This document shows positions 47,216-56,580 of a stretch of DNA of 64,000 nt, piece after piece. The stretch comes from Chloroflexota bacterium (GTDB lineage: Bacteria > Chloroflexota > Dehalococcoidia > Dehalococcoidales > UBA2162), in assembly GCA_043804635.1 (NCBI GenBank), contig JAZDIU010000056.1, forward strand, positions 6,376 through 70,375, written 5' to 3'. Made by a program: the position numbers and the translations under genes. The notes below the pieces were generated by a model. That model did no database searches. It saw only the letters and a list, made by a program, of their open reading frames with translations, and was not told where the DNA came from. Numbering within the stretch: the first letter of the stretch is position 1; every line of letters starts with the position of its first letter.

Positions 47216-48496
47216 TCACCTCGTTACGCATCCCTTAATTGCCTCAACGCTATTATCGTAAAGCTTGTGCACTCGTTCGTCCGTTTTAGCCTCGGCGGTT
47301 ATCCTTATCTTAGGTTCAGTGCCTGAAGGGCGGACTAATAGCCAACCATCTTTAAAACTTAATTTAATTCCATCCATACGACTTACCGACATCGGTTTCA
47401 TAGTAAGCAGACACTCTTCTAAGTCAGAAACCGATGCCCCATTGTTAGTGATACTGCCACGAATAATCGGATAAGAGGGTATCTTATCAACTAGCTGCGA
47501 AAGTTTTTGCTGGCTGGCTATAACGACTAGTTGTGCGGCAGCATAAATACCATCGGGACAAAGCGAACTATTAGGAAAGACCCAGGCTCCAGAAGGTTCG
47601 CCACCGAAATCCCCACCTTTTTTAAGCTCTTCAGAGACATAAATATCGCCGACTCTGGTTCTTGTAACCTCGAAATCCGTTTCATCGATTGCCATTGAAG
47701 CGTCTACAGTAGTAACCACTTTTTTAGCACCCAGATACCCAGCGAAAAGCACTAAAAGCTTATCTCCCGGGATAAACCTACCTTTATCGTCCACAGCCAT
47801 CATACGGTCGGCATCGCCATCGTGGGCAATGCCGATGCCTCCAAGCTCCCTAGTGGTGCGGATTAAATCTCCCAGATTATCCTCGGTCGGTTCAACGGGA
47901 TGGGGAAAGAACCCACTCGGTGTGCAATTGAGAGCAATTACTTCACAGCCGAGTTTTTTTAACAAATCAGGAGTAATAACTGAGGCAGCACCACAACCAC
48001 AGTCTAGCACTACCTTCACTTTCGACTGGGTGAAATCTTTCAATATGTGCTCAATATGATTTTCGATTGCCCCGTTTTCAGTATAATAACTCTTCATATC
48101 ATTCCACGATGCAACTGAAAAGGATTCATTCAAGATAGCAGCTTCTATTTCTTCCCGCTGGTTGGAATCAAAAGCGGAGCCATCCGGGTTCAAGAGCTTA
48201 ATACCGTTATATTCTGGTGGATTATGAGAAGCGGTAATCATCGCACCAATATCAAACTTCTTGGTTGCCAGAGCGAGTGTCGGTGTAGGAATAATTCCTG
48301 CATCACAGCACCGGCTTCCACCGGACAATAATCCGGAAATAAAGGCGTGTTTCACAGCATCGCTAGAAGTCCTGGTATCACTGCCAACTACAACCTTGGG
48401 ATAGACCTTGCCGACTGCCAGCCCTGCTTTCAATGCCAAGTCGATGAGGTCTTTATCAGCAATCCTTCGTATTCCCGATGTGCCGAACAATTTCAT
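47216..48496 (-). CDS. glmM: phosphoglucosamine/phosphohexose mutase (archaeal-type)
   Basis: 426 aa with phosphoserine loop TASHNPPEYNGIK and metal loop DGDADR. Confidence 0.85.
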   Translation of the reverse strand: MKLFGTSGIRRIADKDLIDLALKAGLAVGKVYPKVVVGSDTRTSSDAVKHAFISGLLSGGSRCCDAGIIPTPTLALATKKFDIGAMITASHNPPEYNGIKLLNPDGSAFDSNQREEIEAAILNESFSVASWNDMKSYYTENGAIENHIEHILKDFTQSKVKVVLDCGCGAASVITPDLLKKLGCEVIALNCTPSGFFPHPVEPTEDNLGDLIRTTRELGGIGIAHDGDADRMMAVDDKGRFIPGDKLLVLFAGYLGAKKVVTTVDASMAIDETDFEVTRTRVGDIYVSEELKKGGDFGGEPSGAWVFPNSSLCPDGIYAAAQLVVIASQQKLSQLVDKIPSYPIIRGSITNNGASVSDLEECLLTMKPMSVSRMDGIKLSFKDGWLLVRPSGTEPKIRITAEAKTDERVHKLYDNSVEAIKGCVTR

Positions 48497-48761
48497 ATTG
48501 CGCTGATTTTAATCCTGATTCAGGCTGGATGTCAATTTATGAGTTAAAGGATTAACTATCGGAAGGCTCCAAAGCACATCTAAAACTAATTAGGTACTTC
48601 ATAAACACCAAGGTCCAATTGCAGTATTATTCCTTTTATGGTCAAGTTAAGATAAGTTCTAGTTTAGGTTATAACAAGCTTCTCGGAAGCTATTCGTACA
48701 GAGTTTTGTTAAGTATTGAATGACCCGAACTCTAACTAATATAAAGAGAGGAGGTCATCCA

Positions 48762-49061
48762 ATGAGTTATCAGGACAAGTCTATCCAGTGTTCAGATTGC
48801 GGAGCTAACTTTACTTTCAGCGCAGGCGAACAGGAGTTTTTTGCGTCTAAAGGCTATACTAATGAGCCTAAACGCTGTCTCTCATGCCGTCGTGTAAAGA
48901 AGTCTGAACGTAATGGCAACAGCAGTTACGGAGCTCCGCGGCAAATGTTCCCCGTGACCTGCACCGAGTGCGGCAAGAGCACTGAAGTCCCGTTTCAGCC
49001 TCACGGTGACAAGCCGGTTTACTGTACCGATTGCTACCGCAAAGTCCGGCCCGCCAGATAA
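48762..49061 (+). CDS. CxxC zinc-ribbon protein (two ribbon repeats)
   Basis: The ATG at 48762 follows the SD GGAGG. It encodes MSYQDKSIQCSDCGANFTFSAGEQEFFASKGYTNEPKRCLSCRR ... VTCTECGKSTEVPFQPHGDKPVYCTDCYRK. Confidence 0.7.
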   Translation: MSYQDKSIQCSDCGANFTFSAGEQEFFASKGYTNEPKRCLSCRRVKKSERNGNSSYGAPRQMFPVTCTECGKSTEVPFQPHGDKPVYCTDCYRKVRPAR

Positions 49062-49205
49062 GTAAGATTAAGCCATGAATCGCGGGTTGAGTGCGCCCAT
49101 TCATATCCAGGTGTACAGCTATCATCAAGCTAAGAACAACGCGAGAGAAAGCGGCGCAAGAGCTATTAGGAAGAACAGGAAATATCGGAATCAGGAGGAT
49201 AAATC

Positions 49206-49562
49206 ATGAAAATTTATGTTGGTAATCTAGCCTTTGACGTTACTGAAGAGGAGCTACAGGTAGAATTCGCTGCGTTTGGAAAAGTTGAATCCGTAGCTGT
49301 TCCCTACGATAAGATTAGCGGGCGGCCCAGGGGCTTTGCCTTTGTGGAAATGGCTTCTCAACCTGAGGCTGAAGCTGCTATCGCCGGTCTTAATGGTAAA
49401 ATGTTGAAAGAGAGGAGTATCGTGGTTAATGAGTCCCGCCCTCGTGCGGACAACAAAGGTAGTGGATCCTACGGCAACAGGGGTAAAGGTGGCTATGGCA
49501 AAGGTGGTTATGGTGGTAGCAGGGGTAGCCGATCGGGTGGTGGCGGACAACGAAGATATTAG
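49206..49562 (+). CDS. RRM-type RNA-binding protein with Gly/Arg-rich tail
   Basis: RNP2 IYVGNL, RNP1 RGFAFVEM, and C-terminal GGYGKGGYGGSRGSRSGGGG. Confidence 0.9.
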   Translation: MKIYVGNLAFDVTEEELQVEFAAFGKVESVAVPYDKISGRPRGFAFVEMASQPEAEAAIAGLNGKMLKERSIVVNESRPRADNKGSGSYGNRGKGGYGKGGYGGSRGSRSGGGGQRRY

Positions 49563-49649
49563 TTGATTAGCTCTTCAGGTGCATAAGCCTGTCTGATTCA
49601 CCTGTCACAAATCAGGGCAACGTGCTCGATTTGATAAAGGGAGAATACC

Positions 49650-49979
49650 ATGGTTATTTATGTGGGTAACTTGGCGCTTGAAACCACTGACGAGGAACTG
49701 CGTAAAGAGTTTGCCGAATTTGGGGACGTAATATCCATCGCCATTATGAACGATAAATATATAGGCAGCGGCCAACCGAGGAGCTACGCATACGTTGAAA
49801 TGGCCTCGAAATCTGATGGTGCTATCGCAATTGCTAGACTCGAAGGGAAAAAACTGAGGGAACGACTTATTACTCTCGTTGAGGCTCTACCGCTCTCGGA
49901 TAAAAGCGGTACGCCTTCCGTTCATATCAGAAGTAGAGTCGGCTTAATAAAAAAAGAGAGCACATACAAGATAAGTTAG
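49650..49979 (+). CDS. RRM-type RNA-binding protein (no Gly-rich tail)
   Basis: RNP2 IYVGNL and RNP1-like RSYAYVEM. Confidence 0.85.
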   Translation: MVIYVGNLALETTDEELRKEFAEFGDVISIAIMNDKYIGSGQPRSYAYVEMASKSDGAIAIARLEGKKLRERLITLVEALPLSDKSGTPSVHIRSRVGLIKKESTYKIS

Positions 49980-50020
49980 GCACTGTATTACAGATGCTTA
50001 CTTAGTTTTTAAGGAGTCTA

Positions 50021-51211
50021 ATGAATTTTGATACCTTTAATTTCCATCCGAGCATCATGGCTGGTGTACGTGCGCTCGGTTATACTATACCCACACCAAT
50101 TCAGGCACAGGCAATTCCACCCATCGTGCAAGGACGGGATATCATTGGTTTAGCTCAGACCGGTACCGGTAAAACTGCTGCCTTTGTGCTACCTATCCTG
50201 GAGCGACTTCGACAAGGTCCAAGAGGATGTATCCGGGCTTTAATAATCTCACCCACGCGCGAGTTAGCTGAGCAAACATGCGAAGTGATAAAGGGACTAG
50301 GGAGTAAAACTGGGCTGCGTAGTGTAACCATCTATGGCGGCGTAAGTATGGAGCAACAATTAAGAGTATTGCGCGGCGGTGTTGAGATAATAGTCGGCTG
50401 TCCGGGTCGCCTCTTGGATCACCTCTGGAAGGGGACAGTCAACCTTTCCCGTCTGGAAGTACTTGTCATCGATGAAGCGGACCGGATGTTCGATATGGGT
50501 TTTTTACCAAGTATAAGAGGTATTTTGGAGTGCATCCTGCATCGCCGACAGACCCTCCTTTTCTCGGCAACTATGCCCAACGATATCCGACGCCTGGCGT
50601 GTGAAATCCTGAATGACCCGGTCACAGTGCAGGTCGACCGTCAGCTACCGGCAAAAACCGTGTCGCATGTCCTGTACCCTGTAGAACAGCATCTCAAAAC
50701 ATCCTTGCTGAAGGCAATTCTAAATAAAACCAAAACGGATTCGGTACTTGTCTTTACCCGAACTAAACACCGCGCCGAACGGGTGGCTCAGCAACTAGGT
50801 ATAGCTGGCCTCAAGGTGACTTCACTGCAGGGGGACCTATCACAGAACCAGAGGGAGACTGCGATTGCAGGCTTCCGTAATGGTTCATTCAAAATTTTAG
50901 TGGCGACTGATATTGCTGCCCGCGGTATCGATATTTTGAGTATTTCCCACGTCATCAATTATGATATGCCTGAGAGTACTTATGACTACATCCATCGCAT
51001 CGGCCGTACCGGGCGGGTCGACAAGAGCGGCGATGCGTTGACTTTTGTAACTAATGATGATTCAGATAAGATACGTTCTCTTGAGAGGCTTCTTGGCGTG
51101 AAGCTAGAGCGTTTGACGGTTCAAGGTTTTGATTACGCTAAGCCTGCGCTGGATAAAGCCGTCCGCCCTTCCTACCGACTACCACGGCAAGTCGTGAGAA
51201 ACAGGAGATAA
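50021..51211 (+). CDS. DEAD-box ATP-dependent RNA helicase
   Basis: Q motif, AQTGTGKT, DEAD (VIDEADRM), SAT, and HRIGRTGR. Confidence 0.95.
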   Translation: MNFDTFNFHPSIMAGVRALGYTIPTPIQAQAIPPIVQGRDIIGLAQTGTGKTAAFVLPILERLRQGPRGCIRALIISPTRELAEQTCEVIKGLGSKTGLRSVTIYGGVSMEQQLRVLRGGVEIIVGCPGRLLDHLWKGTVNLSRLEVLVIDEADRMFDMGFLPSIRGILECILHRRQTLLFSATMPNDIRRLACEILNDPVTVQVDRQLPAKTVSHVLYPVEQHLKTSLLKAILNKTKTDSVLVFTRTKHRAERVAQQLGIAGLKVTSLQGDLSQNQRETAIAGFRNGSFKILVATDIAARGIDILSISHVINYDMPESTYDYIHRIGRTGRVDKSGDALTFVTNDDSDKIRSLERLLGVKLERLTVQGFDYAKPALDKAVRPSYRLPRQVVRNRR

Positions 51212-51337
51212 GTAGACAAATAGCGCAAAGTTAGCCGTTGCTGCCACATAATTATTAAGCGAGAGTAAGAACCTACCTCAAAAGGCTTGTCTGGAAGTAT
51301 TCCGAAGCGTTCGAGCACATTGCGCCTTTCACCCCTC

Positions 51338-52537
51338 CTACCGGAGCAACGGTGGTAACTTTTCTTCTCTAGTCTCCGGATACCGAATAGTCAGAGATTC
51401 GGCTGGCTTCTGTAGGGTGCAGCGAGAATAGATGTCGAGTAACCTCTTAGTAGATACTTGAGAACTCTGCGAACGTGCCCATTCACGGGCGGCTATGCCT
51501 ATTCTTTGCCTCTCGTTATTGTTTTGGAGGAGCTTATTGCAGGCTTGAGCGAATTCATTTTCATCTTCGCCAACCAGAATTCCAGTCTCTCCAGAAGTAA
51601 TGATGTCCAGTGGTCCCATCATACCAACGGCAACTACTGCCACTCCAGCCATCATAGCCTCCACTAGAACAAGTCCCTGAGTTTCTGTCTTGGAAGCAAA
51701 CACAAAGAGAGAAGCTTGTTTATACAGGTCGACTAAGTCACGCCGCTGTAAAAAGCCAATGAAAGTAACAAATTGGGCAATGCCGAGGCTTAAGGCATAC
51801 TTCTCCAGAAACTCACGCTGAGGCCCATCCCCGGCGATAATTAATCTAGCACCAGGTCTGAGGGAAAGAAGTTGTTGAAAAGCGCGCAAAAGAAAATCGA
51901 GGTTTTTCTCTTTCCCGAATCTTCCTACGTAAAGCAGCAGGTCTTTAGAAGGAATGTTCAATGCTGTTCTGACGTTCCACTTGATTTCGTGGGAGAATTC
52001 TTCCTCGTCAACTCCGAAGGGAAGCGCGTGGACAGGCTGAGTTATTCCGTAGCTTTCCAGTTCGCGCTTCATCTGACTTGAAGGGGCAATAATTGCATTG
52101 CAACGATTACAGAATAACCGGCTCAATGATTTGACTATCCCACGAGTGGGGCGAATTACCCTCGGGAGGTACCGGCGATAATCCATATAGAGGGTATGAT
52201 AGGTATGAATGTGCGGTATGTGATATCTTCCAGATGCCCACAGCCCTAAAAGTCCGATGGTGCCAGGGTCGTGAGAATGGATGATATCCATGGTGGAAAT
52301 AAGCCGAAGAGTACTCGGGTTGTAAGGGATAGCTACTCTCATCCCCCTGTAGAAGATAAACTTTAGAGACGGGAAGCCATAGACTTCTGTGCAGGAGTCG
52401 TCTCGATCCGGATGGCTTGGACAGAAAATATGGACCTCGTGGCCTTCTCTCTTTAGCTCACGTGCCATCGTCTTCAGAACGGTGACAACCCCGTTTACCT
52501 CGGGAACATAAGTGTCCGTAAAGAGTCCGATTTTCAT
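51338..52537 (-). CDS. GT4-family (group 1) glycosyltransferase
   Basis: 399 aa with an N-terminal GT4 Rossmann fold and the C-terminal E-x7-E region (ETQGLVLVEAMMAG). Confidence 0.85.
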   Translation of the reverse strand: MKIGLFTDTYVPEVNGVVTVLKTMARELKREGHEVHIFCPSHPDRDDSCTEVYGFPSLKFIFYRGMRVAIPYNPSTLRLISTMDIIHSHDPGTIGLLGLWASGRYHIPHIHTYHTLYMDYRRYLPRVIRPTRGIVKSLSRLFCNRCNAIIAPSSQMKRELESYGITQPVHALPFGVDEEEFSHEIKWNVRTALNIPSKDLLLYVGRFGKEKNLDFLLRAFQQLLSLRPGARLIIAGDGPQREFLEKYALSLGIAQFVTFIGFLQRRDLVDLYKQASLFVFASKTETQGLVLVEAMMAGVAVVAVGMMGPLDIITSGETGILVGEDENEFAQACNKLLQNNNERQRIGIAAREWARSQSSQVSTKRLLDIYSRCTLQKPAESLTIRYPETREEKLPPLLR

Positions 52538-52704
52538 CTTCGTACTAAGTTGCCAATAAATGGATTATATTGTTGCCGATATTACTTCTTTTAGGGACTT
52601 TTCGCAAATATTCAGAGATATTTTTCCGTGTTCGCTCTTTTACTATTGATATACAATTCCAGATAATGCCTTAATTTTCGGCTTCGGCTTGGGTGGCGTA
52701 ATCT

Positions 52705-52857
52705 TCAGAGTACCCTATTTTCTATTTGCCGGATGCGCTCCCCGGTTACATTAAACTCGTTACCTACTTCCTTAATGTTCCCCCGGACCCGTCCATCATC
52801 AAGACCGAACCTTAATTTGATTATTCGATGCTCACGTAAGTCTATTTCTAATTCCAT
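52705..52857 (-). CDS. 50-aa stand-alone sigma-70 region 4 (HTH) mini-protein or sigma-factor gene fragment
   Basis: Below the ORF-track cut-off. ATG at 52857 overlaps the end of the upstream gene by 10 nt. It encodes [50 protein letters not shown], which aligns with RpoD-type region 4.2 ([30 protein letters not shown]). Confidence 0.5.
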   Translation of the reverse strand: MELEIDLREHRIIKLRFGLDDGRVRGNIKEVGNEFNVTGERIRQIENRVL

Positions 52858-53588
52858 TGAATTACCTTGCTTGACCAGGCTTCCTGAATCCCCTCCACAA
52901 GCCTGGATTGTTTGGGTTCTCTAATGTTAAGTAACCGAGCTAACGTGATTTTGTCAAAATCATGGAGAAAATGACATTGCTTTCGAAAATCCAATATCGT
53001 TTCCCGAGTACCTCCATAAAGGACATAATCCAATTGCCTGGCATAAGGTTCTAGCTGCTCCCTGGCATGCTGGCAAACCCTGGTAAAAAAGGTTTCCACC
53101 TGCTTTTCTCGATGTCGCTCAAATCTGTGTGACGAAGAGCCCCCCTGACGGTGGCGAGAGTGTACCAAGCCAGTGCCAACCTTGCTGGAAAGCAATTTCT
53201 CACCTTGAACGACGCCAATACCATACTCCCCAAGTCTCACAACTATCAATCCAAAAAGAAGTCCACGATGCATAAGAGAAAGAAGAGGCTCAATATCACA
53301 AGTATTGGAAACACTTTCTTTCATCACAGGGAATGGTGGCATCACTAGGTACTTATGATGCGGCCCCCAAAAAAGTATGCCCCCGGTCTGAGATTGTGCA
53401 AGTGAAATGGATAGGTCTTCAGGTGTTTTCTTCACATTCAGTATCGTTTCCATCATGCTTTGGATATTTGTTTGTGAAAACCCTGGTGGAACACATAGAG
53501 AACCGACCTCTATAGAGTCGGCTTTTAATTCCTCCAGCAAATGCAGTAACCTTACCTTAGTAAGATTGTACCGTCTAACAGTTGACAT
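52848..53588 (-). CDS. eRF1 M-domain / Vms1-like (VLRF1- or baeRF1-type) release-factor-fold protein with GGS in place of GGQ
   Basis: 246 aa. [60 protein letters not shown] aligns, from my memory of eRF1, with [55 protein letters not shown]. Confidence 0.6.
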   Translation of the reverse strand: MSTVRRYNLTKVRLLHLLEELKADSIEVGSLCVPPGFSQTNIQSMMETILNVKKTPEDLSISLAQSQTGGILFWGPHHKYLVMPPFPVMKESVSNTCDIEPLLSLMHRGLLFGLIVVRLGEYGIGVVQGEKLLSSKVGTGLVHSRHRQGGSSSHRFERHREKQVETFFTRVCQHAREQLEPYARQLDYVLYGGTRETILDFRKQCHFLHDFDKITLARLLNIREPKQSRLVEGIQEAWSSKVIQWN

Positions 53589-53681
53589 TCTTCCTCGGTG
53601 CTATTTCTCCGTAAGAGTGGATAAGTCCGCCTCTCATCCAATGGACGTTGTTTTTCCTCAGGCTTGGGTATGGTTCCCACG

Positions 53682-54788
53682 CTAACTCCTTAAAACCTCT
53701 GCGAATATTGGATTTGAAGTAAGTACTCTCGATGGCATCAATCGGTAATTTGAGCCGTTGTAAATGATTGACCCAGATTGAGACATCGAGTTCAGCCTGT
53801 CAATCAAATCTACAACATTTTCATATCCGAACCTTCTGGTAAGTTCATCGATGTTCAGCCCTTCAGAAAGAAGACGTAGACGTAGCATCGCCTCCTCGGC
53901 AGCTTTGTCTTGCATACTCAATACTTCCACGAATTCCGTTAAGACAGTCGGGTCCTTTAAATAAGCTTGTAAATCAGGCCGGTTGTTGAATCGCTTACCT
54001 TTAAGATGTGAGGCTGCAGCCGGACCCAAACCAAGATATTCTCCACCTCGCCAGTAGTTGAGATTGTGTAAACATTCTTGACCCGGGAGGGAGAAATTTG
54101 ATATCTCGTAATGGATAAACCCACGCTTTACAAGGAACCACCTCGCCTTGTCGAATATTTCGACCTGCTCATCGTCGGATGGCAGGTCAACCGGAGGATT
54201 GGTTGATAAGGGGGTATCAGGTTCGACCGAAAGGCAATACAATGAGAGGTGCTTGATACCCAATTCGGTCAAAGTCTCTAAACTGGTACGGAGTCTTTCC
54301 CATCTCTGCCCGGGAAGTCCGATGATTAGGTCAGCGGAGATAGCTCTAAAGCCTAAATCGTTCGCCCGTTTTATGGTGCCGATTGCCTGTGCGGACCGGT
54401 GAACTCTGCCCACACTTTCGAGTTCATAATCTGAAAGCGACTGAACACCTACCGATACACGGTCTATCCCCATCTCTCTAGCGGCCTCGAGCAACTCGAG
54501 TGTAGCTGATTCCGGGTTAATTTCGATTGTGGCCTCGGTGAGTTCAGATAGGTCGAGACTCTGGCGTAGACTGTAAATTAGTTTTCTTAGGTTTTTGGCT
54601 CCGAGTAGGCTTGGTGTTCCACCTCCTAGGTATAGAGTCTGAAATGAAGCTCCAACATACCCTTGGCATTCACTAAGGACGGCTTCGATGTAACTCTCGA
54701 TAAGTTCGCTCCCACCCGCCAGGGAATAGAAATCGCAATAGCTGCATTTTTTGACGCAGAAGGGGATATGGATATAAAGCCCTCTAAT
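53682..54788 (-). CDS. hemW: radical SAM heme chaperone HemW (HemN-like); apparent non-canonical ATT start
   Basis: The track ORF starts at an internal TTG (54494), but the frame is open to 54800 and encodes (I)RGLYIHIPFCVKKCSYCDFY...LYLGGGTPS, the radical-SAM CxxxCxxC N-terminus. There is no ATG/GTG/TTG between the upstream in-frame TGA and that motif. ATT at 54788-54786 lies 4 nt after GGAGGAG. Confidence 0.85.
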   Translation of the reverse strand: MRGLYIHIPFCVKKCSYCDFYSLAGGSELIESYIEAVLSECQGYVGASFQTLYLGGGTPSLLGAKNLRKLIYSLRQSLDLSELTEATIEINPESATLELLEAAREMGIDRVSVGVQSLSDYELESVGRVHRSAQAIGTIKRANDLGFRAISADLIIGLPGQRWERLRTSLETLTELGIKHLSLYCLSVEPDTPLSTNPPVDLPSDDEQVEIFDKARWFLVKRGFIHYEISNFSLPGQECLHNLNYWRGGEYLGLGPAAASHLKGKRFNNRPDLQAYLKDPTVLTEFVEVLSMQDKAAEEAMLRLRLLSEGLNIDELTRRFGYENVVDLIDRLNSMSQSGSIIYNGSNYRLMPSRVLTSNPIFAEVLRS

Positions 54789-54789
54789 T

Positions 54790-56580
54790 TTACTCCTCCA
54801 TCCTCAGCAATGATAGAAAGGCTTCCTGCGGTACCTCAACCGCACCCACCATTTTCATCCGTTTCTTGCCTTCTTTCTGCTTCTCAAGGAGTTTTCTTTT
54901 ACGGGTCACGTCACCGCCATAGCACTTCGCGAGGACGTCCTTTCTTGCCGGGACGATATCTTCGCGGGCGATTATCTTACCACCGATGGCACCTTGTATC
55001 GGTATCTCGAATTGTTGTCTCGGGATAAGCTTCCTCAGTTTATGCACCAAGGCTCTAGATCTCGTAATGGCGTTATCACGGGTGGTGATGAAAGAAAGAG
55101 CATCGACCTGGCCGCCCTTTACCAGGATATCCACCTTAACCAGATCGCCGGGCTGGTAACCGACAAAGTCGTATTCCAGGCTGGCATACCCCTGGCTCAC
55201 GCTCTTTAGCTTGTCATAGTAATTAATAATCATTTCAGACAATGGGAAATCATAGGTGAGGATAGTTTTTTTACTATCAGGATGTGCCATATTTTTGAAT
55301 GTACCGCGTTTTTTCTCCGAGAGTTCCATACACGGTCCAATGTATTTACTAGGTGTAATTATCCGCGCCTGGACAATCGGTTCCTCAATGTGGTCGATAC
55401 GGTCCGGAGGTGGAAACCGGGAAGGGTTATCAATCATTAAAGCTTCTCCATCACGAGTAACTACTTTGTAGACGACTGAGGGCATAGTGGCAATCAAGTC
55501 CTGCCCGTATTCCCGCTTCAATCGTTCCATAGTAATTTCCATGTGCAACATACCCAAAAAGCCGAGCCGGTAACCATAGCCCAACGCCGCTGAAGTCTCC
55601 TTCTCGAAGACAAGCGACGAATCGTTAAGCTGGAACTTTTCCAGTGCCATGGTAAGCTTGGGATAATCGTTAGTATTGATAGGGTAGATTCCGCAGAACA
55701 CCATCGATTGAGCGCGCCTGAATCCGGGTATGGCTGGTGTTTCGGGATGACTAGCAGAGACTATGGTGTCCCCAACATGGATATCACCTACGTCCCGGAT
55801 AACTGCTCCCAGATAGCCAACGTCACCCGCTTTTAGAGTTGGGCAAGGGCTCAGTTGCGGACTAAAATAACCGACTTCATCCACCTCGAAAATTTTGCCG
55901 GTGGACTTTATCATAATTTTGTCACCGGCGGTAACACTGCCTGAAAAAACACGGATATGTGGGAGAACACCCCGATAGGTGTCAAAATAAGAGTCGAAGA
56001 TAAAGCAACTGAGAGGCCCGTCACTATTACCTTCAGGCGGCGGAACCCGGGTTATTATCGCCTCCAGCAGTTCGGGCACGCCGGTTCCCAATTTGGCTGA
56101 GACCAGAAGCGTATCCGCCGCCGGCAGGCTCAGCATTTCTTCCAGTTGCAGGCGGGCTTCGTCTATCATGGCATTAGGCAGGTCTATCTTATTGATGACC
56201 GGAATAATTTCAAGCCCGGCGTCAACAGCGAGGTATGCATTAGCGATAGTCTGGGCTTCGACTCCTTGAGAAGCATCAACGAGTAATACCGCGCCTTCAC
56301 AAGCTTTGAGACTCCTTGAGACCTCATAGTTAAAATCCACATGTCCCGGGGTATCGATGAGATTCAGAATATACTCGTCACCCGTCTTTGACCGATAAGG
56401 CATTCTGACCGCCTTGGCCTTGATGGTAATACCGCGCTCGCGTTCCAGTTCCATGCTGTCGAGGAATTGCTCGCTGGTGCTGGTATGGATAATCCCGGTC
56501 AGCTCGAGTATGCGGTCGGCTAGGGTCGATTTGCCGTGGTCGATATGGGCGATAATACAGAAATTTCTGATATTAGTCAT
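54790..56580 (-). CDS. lepA: elongation factor 4 (LepA)
   Basis: 596 aa: [20 protein letters not shown] ... LepA C-terminal domain. Confidence 0.97.
   Translation of the reverse strand: MTNIRNFCIIAHIDHGKSTLADRILELTGIIHTSTSEQFLDSMELERERGITIKAKAVRMPYRSKTGDEYILNLIDTPGHVDFNYEVSRSLKACEGAVLLVDASQGVEAQTIANAYLAVDAGLEIIPVINKIDLPNAMIDEARLQLEEMLSLPAADTLLVSAKLGTGVPELLEAIITRVPPPEGNSDGPLSCFIFDSYFDTYRGVLPHIRVFSGSVTAGDKIMIKSTGKIFEVDEVGYFSPQLSPCPTLKAGDVGYLGAVIRDVGDIHVGDTIVSASHPETPAIPGFRRAQSMVFCGIYPINTNDYPKLTMALEKFQLNDSSLVFEKETSAALGYGYRLGFLGMLHMEITMERLKREYGQDLIATMPSVVYKVVTRDGEALMIDNPSRFPPPDRIDHIEEPIVQARIITPSKYIGPCMELSEKKRGTFKNMAHPDSKKTILTYDFPLSEMIINYYDKLKSVSQGYASLEYDFVGYQPGDLVKVDILVKGGQVDALSFITTRDNAITRSRALVHKLRKLIPRQQFEIPIQGAIGGKIIAREDIVPARKDVLAKCYGGDVTRKRKLLEKQKEGKKRMKMVGAVEVPQEAFLSLLRMEE

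Noticed and set aside
54663-55028. 121-aa plus-strand ORF spanning the hemW/lepA junction.
   Set aside because: It is antisense to two well-supported genes and has no motifs.
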